From Candidatus Zixiibacteriota bacterium (GTDB taxonomy: Bacteria; Zixibacteria; MSB-5A5; SM23-73-2), in NCBI GenBank assembly GCA_049642665.1, contig JBARPA010000329.1:1-34577 (forward strand): a DNA stretch of 34,577 nucleotides, read 5' to 3'. Below, one piece after another: positions 22,255 to 29,474 of this stretch; position 1 is the first letter of the stretch; each line of letters opens with the position of its first letter. The position numbers were made by a program, and so were the translations under genes. Under the pieces are notes generated by a model. It was not told where the DNA came from. It saw only the letters and a list, made by a program, of their open reading frames with translations, and made no database searches.

Positions 22255-24015
22255 ATGAAACAGTTCACAGTTAAAAGCCATCTGATTCTTTTTTCTGTTT
22301 TATTTCTTTTGATTTCTTGTCTTTTTTGTGATCGGTTTTGTTTGGCTCAGCCCCTGGAGGATGATATCGTATTTAAAGCCATGCAGGATGAACTGGCTCG
22401 GACCATGAACCAACTTCAGATGGAAGATCTGCAAAGACCCTATTATGTGAGCTATACGGTAAGTGAATTTAGGGCAATGCAAATTAAAGCTGGTTTTGGT
22501 GCGCTGACCCAATCGGAAAGACTAAACAGAAGATACTTAAATGTGGATTTACGGGTGGGTGACTATGCTTTTGACAACACAAATTTTTTAGCTGATTACT
22601 GGAGTGTTTCCCCTTCCTATGCTGCGATTACCCTGGAGGACGATTATGATGCCATAAGACATAAAATCTGGCTTTCAACTGATGAGGCCTATAAGAGGGC
22701 TCTGGAGACCCTTTCCAAGAAAAGAGCCTATGTGCAGAACAAAACCATAACCGACCTGCCTGAGGATTTCTCAAAGGAGACACCCTATACCTACAGTGAA
22801 CCCAGAGCCTCTCTGGATGTGGACAGCGCCTATTGGGTGGAAACAGTTAAGGATTTGTCCAGCATTTTCACCGAGTACCCTTCCCTTAACAACTGGAAAA
22901 TCCAGTTCGAAAAAAGGGCGTCTAACCAGTATTTTGTTAACAGCGAGGGTTCAAAAAATCGTCAAGGCGAGTCATTAATCACCCTGGAGGTGTTAATTTC
23001 CACCCAGGCAGAGGATGGGCAGCAAATCTTCGATTTCAAAACCTACTATTTCAAGGATGAAAAAGATCTACCCCAAAGAGATAAGTTAAAGGCGGAGATA
23101 AAAGAACTGGCTCAAAGGACCTTGGATATTACCCAGTCCGAAAAGCTGACAGAATATGTGGGTCCGGTGATCTTCACTCAGCAGGCAGCCGCTGAGCTAT
23201 TCAGACAGCTTTTTGCTGCTAACATTACTGAACCCAGAACACCGCTTTTTGGAGATGAAAGATTCTCATTTTTGATCAAGAAACCCAAATTAGCGGATAA
23301 GGTTAACCGCAGGATTATGCCTGAAATGTTGAGCGTTAAAGACGATCCCACTATCTCCCAATGGCAAAAAGCGCCCCTGATTGGAGGATACAAAGTGGAT
23401 GATGACGGCGTTATGGCCCAACCGGTTTCTCTGGTGGAAAAGGGTAAACTGGTCGATCTTTTGATGAGCAGAACTCCTACCGAGAAGATTAAAAATTCCA
23501 ACGGGCATGCCCGGGGAACTGTGCAATCCACTCCCAAGGGAAGATTTTCCAACCTTATTGTGACCTCAGAACAGACCATCAGTTATGACGAGCTAAAAAA
23601 CCAGCTTATCCAGTATTGTAAAGATTCAGACTTAGAATACGGAATCATCGTTAAAAGGCTTAAGGACAAGAACCTGGAAATAGAAAGATCCTTTGATTTA
23701 TCCTATTTCATGAGCGGCCAACGTAAGGAAAAGGAACTCACTACTCCTCTGGAGGTCTATAAGGTATGGGTGGAAGATGGAAGAGAGGAACCGATCAGAG
23801 GAGCGGAATTCGAGGCGGTAACTGTCAAAACCTTAAAAGATATCACCGAGACTGCTGACGATTACTATGTGCACAATTTCCTCTTAGGGCAAGATAATGA
23901 ACTTCCCTCTACCATTGTTGTTCCCTCGATTCTGATCGAGGAGATGGAACTTACGGAAACCGAAGCCAAAGCCTTCAAACCGCCTTATCTGAAAAGCCCG
24001 CTTTCCGAGCCGTGA
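22255..24015 (+). CDS. Secreted PmbA/TldE-like partner of TldD (no HExxxH)
   Basis: It is a paralog of the upstream gene (LNVDLRVGDYAFDN versus LDVDVRVGDNQLDN, and NGHARG versus NGHGRR) but lacks the zinc motif. It has a signal peptide and an AGGAG SD. Confidence 0.7.
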   Translation: MKQFTVKSHLILFSVLFLLISCLFCDRFCLAQPLEDDIVFKAMQDELARTMNQLQMEDLQRPYYVSYTVSEFRAMQIKAGFGALTQSERLNRRYLNVDLRVGDYAFDNTNFLADYWSVSPSYAAITLEDDYDAIRHKIWLSTDEAYKRALETLSKKRAYVQNKTITDLPEDFSKETPYTYSEPRASLDVDSAYWVETVKDLSSIFTEYPSLNNWKIQFEKRASNQYFVNSEGSKNRQGESLITLEVLISTQAEDGQQIFDFKTYYFKDEKDLPQRDKLKAEIKELAQRTLDITQSEKLTEYVGPVIFTQQAAAELFRQLFAANITEPRTPLFGDERFSFLIKKPKLADKVNRRIMPEMLSVKDDPTISQWQKAPLIGGYKVDDDGVMAQPVSLVEKGKLVDLLMSRTPTEKIKNSNGHARGTVQSTPKGRFSNLIVTSEQTISYDELKNQLIQYCKDSDLEYGIIVKRLKDKNLEIERSFDLSYFMSGQRKEKELTTPLEVYKVWVEDGREEPIRGAEFEAVTVKTLKDITETADDYYVHNFLLGQDNELPSTIVVPSILIEEMELTETEAKAFKPPYLKSPLSEP

Positions 24016-24083
24016 TGTTTTTTAGTGAATGTGAAATAAACAATTGAGTTAGTTATATAGAGAGAATTAGACGGGGAGGACGG

Positions 24084-24659
24084 ATGAACTGTGCTAATTG
24101 TGAGGATAAGGAATGTTATCAGGGCAAGGACTGCTTTGGGATAACTGATTCCCTAAAGGAACAAAAGTGGGATGAGACTACCCATAAGATTTTAAAGTTA
24201 GCCTCTGAGATCGAGGCAAAATATTATATGAAGTTTACCAGATTAGAAGAATTGATATTGTTTTCTAAAAAAATGGACTATAAGAAATTAGGTATCGCCT
24301 TCTGTATCGGTCTCTCAGATGAAGCAAAAATTCTGGAGAAACTTCTGGAAAAACAGCTCAGCGTGGTTTCCGTTTGCTGTAAAGTGGGAGGAGTGGACAA
24401 AGAGTTTTACGATATGCATAAGATAAAATGTGATAGATACGAGGCTATGTGCAATCCCTTGGCTCAGGCTATGATTTTAAATAAAGAAAAGACCGACTTG
24501 AATATCATATTAGGTCTTTGTATGGGGCACGATATTTTATTTTCTAAGTATTCAGAGGCGCCTGTGACCACCCTGGTAGTCAAGGATAGGGTTCTGGCTC
24601 ATAATACCGTAGGAGCTTTGTATTCAAGGTATTATCAGAATAAATTGAGTCAGATATAG
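24084..24659 (+). CDS. DUF1847 domain protein (N-terminal Cys cluster)
   Basis: MNCANCEDKECYQGKDC, KKLGIAFCIGL, VSVCCKVGG, CNPLAQA, GLCMGHD and VVKDRVLAHN match DUF1847 proteins as I recall them. Confidence 0.7.
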   Translation: MNCANCEDKECYQGKDCFGITDSLKEQKWDETTHKILKLASEIEAKYYMKFTRLEELILFSKKMDYKKLGIAFCIGLSDEAKILEKLLEKQLSVVSVCCKVGGVDKEFYDMHKIKCDRYEAMCNPLAQAMILNKEKTDLNIILGLCMGHDILFSKYSEAPVTTLVVKDRVLAHNTVGALYSRYYQNKLSQI

Positions 24660-24682
24660 GTTATAATGGAGGAATGTAGTTG

Positions 24683-24758
24683 CTCGATTTATCGAGTATA
24701 TTTGTAGTTTGCCAATTTATCGTCATAAAACCAGCCCAATGAATTGGGCAACTACAAC
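24683..24758. repeat. About 75-bp hairpin-forming element, copy A (direct repeat with 26570-26644)
   Basis: CTCGATTTATCGAGTATATTTGTAGTTTGCCAATTTATCG..CCCAATGAATTGGGCAACTACAA. Internal arms GTAGTTTGCCAATT and AATTGGGCAACTAC form an inverted repeat. By eye it is about 85% identical to copy B. Confidence 0.75.
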
Positions 24759-24845
24759 CAATGAAGGATGAAACGGATATTGGAGTGTGAACATTTATGT
24801 TCACCTCTGGGTTAAGCTAAAGCTTCACACTCCAAAAATCATACG

Positions 24846-24973
24846 GTAGCACAGGTTGTCTCAACCTGTATTTTTCTCACACCTATTTGAAAGAAAGGGT
24901 AGGGCAAGGTCTCCTGACCTTGTCGTAGGTACCCCTCGAATCCAGTTGGTTGGGCAATTGGATTTGCCCAACC
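24846..24973 (+). repeat. Cluster of REP-like hairpins, each preceded by GTAG; diverged homologs of the array's P and E2 hairpins in the opposite orientation
   Basis: GTAG (24846-24849), C, then ACAGGTTG-tct-CAACCTGT followed by ATTTTT. GTAG (24899-24902) followed by GGCAAGGTC-tcct-GACCTTGTC. GTAG (24925-24928) followed by GGTTGGGCAA-ttggat-TTGCCCAACC (24948-24973). On the minus strand, CAAGGTCAGGAGACCTTGCCCTACCC aligns with P (CTGGGTCAGGAGACCCAGGGCTACCC) with two compensated pair changes. Confidence 0.7.
24851..24875 (+). terminator. Possible intrinsic terminator for the DUF1847 gene (the first REP-like hairpin)
   Basis: The 8-bp stem ACAGGTTG/CAACCTGT has a 3-nt loop and is followed by ATTTTT. 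It lies 190 nt past the stop codon. Confidence 0.4.
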
Positions 24974-25114
24974 TGAAGACCTGATGGCTGAAATCCCCGA
25001 AACGGGTCTTGACGACAATTCCACCACCAACTGAAATTTGACCCACCTTGAGGGCAAGGCGATTCTATTAGATTTAAGTAAAGAATCTAAATTGATATGT
25101 TTAATCTCAAAATT

Positions 25115-26446
25115 TTATCTGTTATCCATTTTCTTCTGGATATATTTTATGGTGGTATAATCATTGTTTACTACAAAACCCACTTCGGGGATGCGTATTA
25201 ACCCACCTGCACTTTCACCAGTAACATAGACCATACCAGAATCATCCAGGGTTATAGCATAGGCAATATCGACATTATTTGCTGGTCCATTATATTCCTC
25301 AATCCATAGTTCATTACCAGATGAACTGTACTTAACGGTGGTATAGTCAGTTATTGTTGTGTTGCTAACAATACCGCCGGTTACATAAACATTACCCAGT
25401 TGGTCAATGGCCATTGCAAGAGCATTAGCATCATATTTTGCTGACCCGCGATAGCGTTTGGCCCAGAGTTCATTTCCAGCACCGTCATACTTTACTGTAG
25501 CATACTCACTTCGTCCATCTTTTCCCTTACTTCCACCTGTCACATATATACACCCCGAGCCATCAAGTACTATAGCACGAGCATTATCATCACTATTTCC
25601 AGATCCATTATATCTCCTAATCCACATCTCATTGCCCGAAGAATCATACTTTATAGTCGCATAATCATTGAATGTTTCACTACTATAGCTGTATCCGGTT
25701 ACATATACATACTCATAAGAATTTATTGTCATAGCATAAGCCCAATCATCGTCATTTCCTGGTCCATTATAACGCTTTACCCATTTTTCGTTGCCAGGTG
25801 AATTATACTTTATTGTTACGTAGTCAAGTCCTGAATCCTTTCCTCGACTGCTACCTATAACATAGATGTTCCCATAATAATCTACGGTTATATCAGAAGA
25901 CAAATCCCAGTCGTTTCCTGGCCCGTTATATCGCATCACCCAAAGTTCGTTTCCACTACTGTCATACTTTATGGTAGTACAATCATAGAGTGTTTCTTCC
26001 CCAACACTCTTTCCGGTGATACAGATATTGCCAATGCTATCTAAGGCTAAGGCAGTAATTTCATCCCAGCCATTTCCTGAGCCGTTGTACTTCCTCACCC
26101 AGGCAGTATCTCCATTAGGAAAATACTTCACTGTCACATAATCAGAACTTGTATCATCAACAGAAATCTTACCTCCCACATATACATTTTCTTCAGCATC
26201 TATAGCAAGGTCTACGCCACCCCATAAACCGATCCATAAAAGGTTTCCATCTTCGTCATATTTTATGGTTCCACTTGAACCTGTAATGTAGACATTATTG
26301 GAATTATCTATGGCTATAGCCTTAGCTCTGTCAAGTGAGTTTCCTGGTCCATCATACCGTCTCACCCAAGCCGTGTCAACAGATTGAGCAAAGGCGGGAA
26401 TAGTGATAAAAAGTAGAATCGCTAAGATGAAAAGCTTTTTGGTCAT
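25115..26446 (-). CDS. Secreted SBBP (beta-propeller) repeat protein
   Basis: About eight repeats of the pattern YNGPGNxxDxAxAIxxDxxGNVYVTGxSxG..DYxTIKYDSSGNELW. The signal peptide is MTKKLFILAILLFITIPAFAQS. The ATG at 26446 (GAGG 5 nt upstream) is preferred to the TTG at 26473. Confidence 0.8.
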   Translation of the reverse strand: MTKKLFILAILLFITIPAFAQSVDTAWVRRYDGPGNSLDRAKAIAIDNSNNVYITGSSGTIKYDEDGNLLWIGLWGGVDLAIDAEENVYVGGKISVDDTSSDYVTVKYFPNGDTAWVRKYNGSGNGWDEITALALDSIGNICITGKSVGEETLYDCTTIKYDSSGNELWVMRYNGPGNDWDLSSDITVDYYGNIYVIGSSRGKDSGLDYVTIKYNSPGNEKWVKRYNGPGNDDDWAYAMTINSYEYVYVTGYSYSSETFNDYATIKYDSSGNEMWIRRYNGSGNSDDNARAIVLDGSGCIYVTGGSKGKDGRSEYATVKYDGAGNELWAKRYRGSAKYDANALAMAIDQLGNVYVTGGIVSNTTITDYTTVKYSSSGNELWIEEYNGPANNVDIAYAITLDDSGMVYVTGESAGGLIRIPEVGFVVNNDYTTIKYIQKKMDNR

Positions 26447-26569
26447 GTCTACCTCGTTTTTAAGCCTGACCAAATCTGTTGCCTTCTATTTCCTTGATTC
26501 AAGGAATATTATATTTATAAAAATGGAAAAAGTCAAGGGAAATTCGAAGCCAGTACAAATATTCATTTA

Positions 26570-26644
26570 CTCGATTTATCGACTATATTTGTAGTTTGCC
26601 GATTTATTGGCGCAAATCAAGCCTAATGAATTGGGCGACTACAA
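26570..26644. repeat. About 75-bp hairpin-forming element, copy B
   Basis: CTCGATTTATCGACTATATTTGTAGTTTGCCGATTTATTGG..CCTAATGAATTGGGCGACTACAA is a direct repeat of 24683-24758, on the other side of the SBBP gene. Confidence 0.75.
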
Positions 26645-26820
26645 TTTTCTCTTCTATCATTATGTGAGGAATTCTCAACTAAGGAGATTATTTTTTTCGG
26701 TAACACAAGTTGTCTTCCCGCTAAGAGCGGGATTATCACAGGTTGGGACAACCTGCGATACCTTATAAACCCTGACCTTGATTCATTCCACCATTAACAA
26801 AAACACCAAATTCTATTAAC

Positions 26821-26852
26821 CAAAAGGGCGGACCAGGGAAGTCCGCCCCTAC
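26821..26852 (-). terminator. REP-like hairpin and distal tandem terminator downstream of the fumarase genes
   Basis: On the minus strand: GTAG, GGGCGGAC-ttccctg-GTCCGCCC, then TTTTG. On the plus strand: GGGCGGAC at 26826-26833, GTCCGCCC at 26841-26848, CTAC at 26849-26852. Confidence 0.55.
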
Positions 26853-26887
26853 ATTTTCATGTCAACTAACGACAAATTACTAATTCC

Positions 26888-26924
26888 TAAAAACAAAAAG
26901 GGCGGAGACAAGCTCCGCCCCTAC
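26888..26924 (-). terminator. REP-like hairpin and intrinsic terminator downstream of the fumarase beta-subunit gene
   Basis: On the minus strand: GTAG, GGGCGGAG-cttgt-CTCCGCCC, then TTTTTGTTTTTAG. It begins 38 nt after the stop codon at 26962. Confidence 0.7.
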
Positions 26925-26961
26925 GCAACCTTTTAAGATTTGGATATTTACTGAATCTGCA

Positions 26962-27519
26962 TCAAATCTTCTGGTATTTCTTTACACCTTCCACAAAGAG
27001 GTTTCCACCATGGCAATCCTGAGCGACTATGGCCGGGAAATCCTTTACGGTGAACTTTTTAATTGCCTCTGCTCCTAACTCCTCCCAGGCAACCAGCTCC
27101 GCTTTGGTGATGGATTTGGAGATTAAAGCTGCCGCCCCGCCTACTACGATGAAATATGCTCCTTTGTACTTCTTGAGCGCATCGGGCACGCCAACCGCCA
27201 TCACGCCTTTGCCGATCATACCTTTTGAGCCAGCTTCAAGAATTCGAGGAGCGTATTTGTTCATTCTTCCGGAGGTAGTTGGGCCGGCCGAACCGAGGAT
27301 TTGACCTGGCCTGGTGGGGCTGGGCCCCACATAATAGATGAGCTGACCTTTAATATCAAAGGGGAGTTTCTCTCCCTTATCTAACATCTCGACCATTCTT
27401 TTATGCGCAGTGTCACGGCCTGTGAAGATCTCACCTGTGATCAAAACCTTATCTCCGATTTTCAGACCCTCAATGTCTTTATCTGTTAAAGGTGTGTTCA
27501 ATTTTATTGCTTCAGCCAT
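26962..27519 (-). CDS. Class I (Fe-S) fumarate hydratase / tartrate dehydratase, beta subunit
   Basis: GEIFTGRDTAHKR...YYVGPSPTRPGQILGSAGPTTSGRM...GKG is the Fumerase_C signature. The second ATG (27519) is preceded by GGAGGGA. The track start is 27531. Confidence 0.85.
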   Translation of the reverse strand: MAEAIKLNTPLTDKDIEGLKIGDKVLITGEIFTGRDTAHKRMVEMLDKGEKLPFDIKGQLIYYVGPSPTRPGQILGSAGPTTSGRMNKYAPRILEAGSKGMIGKGVMAVGVPDALKKYKGAYFIVVGGAAALISKSITKAELVAWEELGAEAIKKFTVKDFPAIVAQDCHGGNLFVEGVKKYQKI

Positions 27520-27569
27520 TTTTCCCTCCATGTTTTAGCGATCAGGCTAAAAATCTATCTTTAATTTGA

Positions 27570-28409
27570 CTAAATAATTGCTTCCTTATGCCGGTCGGAA
27601 TGGCAACAAATGTTCACGCTTGACGGAAAACTGGCAATGTGACAGGGCATTACCTCTATATGAACGTCTAATGCTGTTACCGTTCCGCCCAGGCCCTGGG
27701 GTCCCACTCCCAGCATATTGACTTTCTCTAAAAGCTCGGTCTCCACGTCTGCATAGAACTTATCCGGATTTCTTGATCCGATAGGTCTCAAAAGTGATCT
27801 TTTTGCCAGTTGAGCACACTTCTCAAAGCTGGGTCCTCCGACGCCAACTCCCACAACAATTGGTGGACAGGGGTTGGATCCTGCCTGCCTGACCGACTCG
27901 ATGACAAAACTCTTTACTCCCTCGATTCCGTCAGCGGGTTTCATCATCTTTACGAAGCTCATATTCTCTGATCCGCCGCCTTTGGGAGCTACCGCGATCT
28001 TAAGCTTGTCACCGGATACAATATCCATATGAATAACTGCCGGGGTGTTATCTCCGGTATTTTTTCTTGAAATGGGATCACAGATCGATTTTCTTAGGTA
28101 ACCGTCCTTGTAACCCTGGCGAACGCCTTCATTGATCGCCTCGAACAGGTTGCCTTTGACGAAAACGTCAGCTCCCATCTCCACGAATACGATTGCAGAT
28201 CCGGTGTCCTGGCAAGCCGGAAAAACGCCCTCATCTGCGATACGGTCGTTTTCCAGAATCTGGGATATGATATCTTTTCCCACTGGCGATTCCTCTTTCT
28301 TGAGGCCTTCCTCCAGGGCTTTGATAACATCTTTGCCCAGATGATAATTGGCGTCGATGCACAGCTGTTTTACAGTTTTGATGATCTCCTCGGGTTGTAT
28401 CTCCCGCAT
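27570..28409 (-). CDS. Class I (Fe-S) fumarate hydratase, alpha subunit
   Basis: PACQDTGSAIVFVEMG, AVAPKGGGSENMS and GVGVGG are signatures of the Fumerase N-terminal domain. The SD GGAGG lies 4 nt upstream. Confidence 0.85.
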   Translation of the reverse strand: MREIQPEEIIKTVKQLCIDANYHLGKDVIKALEEGLKKEESPVGKDIISQILENDRIADEGVFPACQDTGSAIVFVEMGADVFVKGNLFEAINEGVRQGYKDGYLRKSICDPISRKNTGDNTPAVIHMDIVSGDKLKIAVAPKGGGSENMSFVKMMKPADGIEGVKSFVIESVRQAGSNPCPPIVVGVGVGGPSFEKCAQLAKRSLLRPIGSRNPDKFYADVETELLEKVNMLGVGPQGLGGTVTALDVHIEVMPCHIASFPSSVNICCHSDRHKEAII

Positions 28410-28423
28410 AGCTCCTCCGTGGT

Positions 28424-29092
28424 TTATTTGGTTAACTCTATTGTCCCTGAGACCATGTTCTTAATCCCCAGGGCGAAATCCTTAATTCTGTTTTTACCTA
28501 AATAGCCGGTGGTGGTAATTATCCTGTGTTCCTCATCGATCACTGCTTCTGTGGGCTTGGCTATTACATGATTAATGCCTAAGTTTTCGAGCTTTTGAAT
28601 CACCCTGGCATCGTTTCCTGTGGTCAAGGTAAGGGGGGATTCAAGTATGTCGTTTAAAGACCTGGCGATCACCAAAGAAGCAAGACCGCAGCCTCCGATC
28701 GGCTTTTTTCTTCGGAACATCTCTCTGATTATTTTTTTGGTCTGGGATTCCACTTTAAAGAGGTTGCTTTCTTGGTCCAGCTCTGTAAGATGTTTTACTA
28801 TCCCTTCTCCACCGGGCAAGATCAAGGCCAGGATTTTATCACCTTTTATTTCATTTAATTCTGTGATTTCTCCGTTTAGTCTTGCAGATTCGTTTAAAAC
28901 CTCTCTTGATTGAGAAAGAACCTTCTGGGTTTTGTGATCCATTACCTCTTTTTGAGTTCCACTGGGAGCTGCGAATACTGCCCTATAGCCTTTTTCCTCT
29001 AAAAAGTAGGAGATAAGAACAGCTTCCCTTACGTCCGATCCATCCATAAAACCACATCCGGCTAAAACAATACAAATCTCTTTCATTTTCAA
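28424..29092 (-). CDS. elbB: ElbB-like DJ-1/PfpI-family protein (glyoxalase III / isoprenoid biosynthesis protein ElbB)
   Basis: KEICIVLAGCGFMDGSDVREAVLISYFLEEKGY closely parallels the ElbB N-terminus (VILSGCGVYDGSEIHEAVL). Confidence 0.7.
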   Translation of the reverse strand: MKMKEICIVLAGCGFMDGSDVREAVLISYFLEEKGYRAVFAAPSGTQKEVMDHKTQKVLSQSREVLNESARLNGEITELNEIKGDKILALILPGGEGIVKHLTELDQESNLFKVESQTKKIIREMFRRKKPIGGCGLASLVIARSLNDILESPLTLTTGNDARVIQKLENLGINHVIAKPTEAVIDEEHRIITTTGYLGKNRIKDFALGIKNMVSGTIELTK

Positions 29093-29208
29093 AAGAACAG
29101 AATTATTCCTAATTTATTAAAAAATTACAGATGTCAGGTTTTTAGATGGGGTCATTGAGGTTCTACTTTGTGAAAAAATTAACAAGTGTTGAGAAAAAAA
29201 AGATGCCC

Positions 29209-29460
29209 TTATACGTACACCGAAACTATCTTTTTATCTTTGCCTTTACGCTCGTATTTCACCACACCGGTGATCTTGGAAAAAAGGGTATTATCCCTTC
29301 CCAAACCTACATTATAACCTGGATATATATTGGTTCCTCTTTGGCGAACCAGAATACTGCCGGCTAAAACCGCTTGTCCTGAGAAGCACTTCACGCCCAT
29401 TCTTTGTCCATGGGAATCCCTTCCGTTGCGGGAGCTACCTACGCCTTTTTTGTGTGCCAT
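29209..29460 (-). CDS. rpmA: 50S ribosomal protein L27
   Basis: [60 protein letters not shown] is an unmistakable L27 sequence. Confidence 0.95.
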   Translation of the reverse strand: MAHKKGVGSSRNGRDSHGQRMGVKCFSGQAVLAGSILVRQRGTNIYPGYNVGLGRDNTLFSKITGVVKYERKGKDKKIVSVYV

Positions 29461-29474
29461 TTTATCTTTTCCCT

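Noticed and set aside
24925-24950. tRNA/tmRNA-like motif (GGATTCGAGGGG on the minus strand; CTCGAATCC on the plus strand)
   Set aside because: There is no acceptor stem, no GGTTCGAATCC-type T-arm with a 5-bp stem, and no tag reading frame or CCA-proximal structure. I found no tRNA-like cloverleaf anywhere in the window.
24839-25057. Track ORFs of 72 aa and 61 aa on the minus strand downstream of the SBBP gene
   Set aside because: They are read through a stack of GC-rich hairpins with no SD and no recognisable protein features. The region is better explained as structured repeats.
24897-25061. Cobalamin riboswitch on the minus strand (GGTCAGGAGACCTTGCC resembles a B12 box)
   Set aside because: The same GGTCAGGAGACC palindrome is simply the P hairpin of the repeat family. 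I could not see the other conserved cobalamin-core segments. No B12-related gene lies downstream on that strand.
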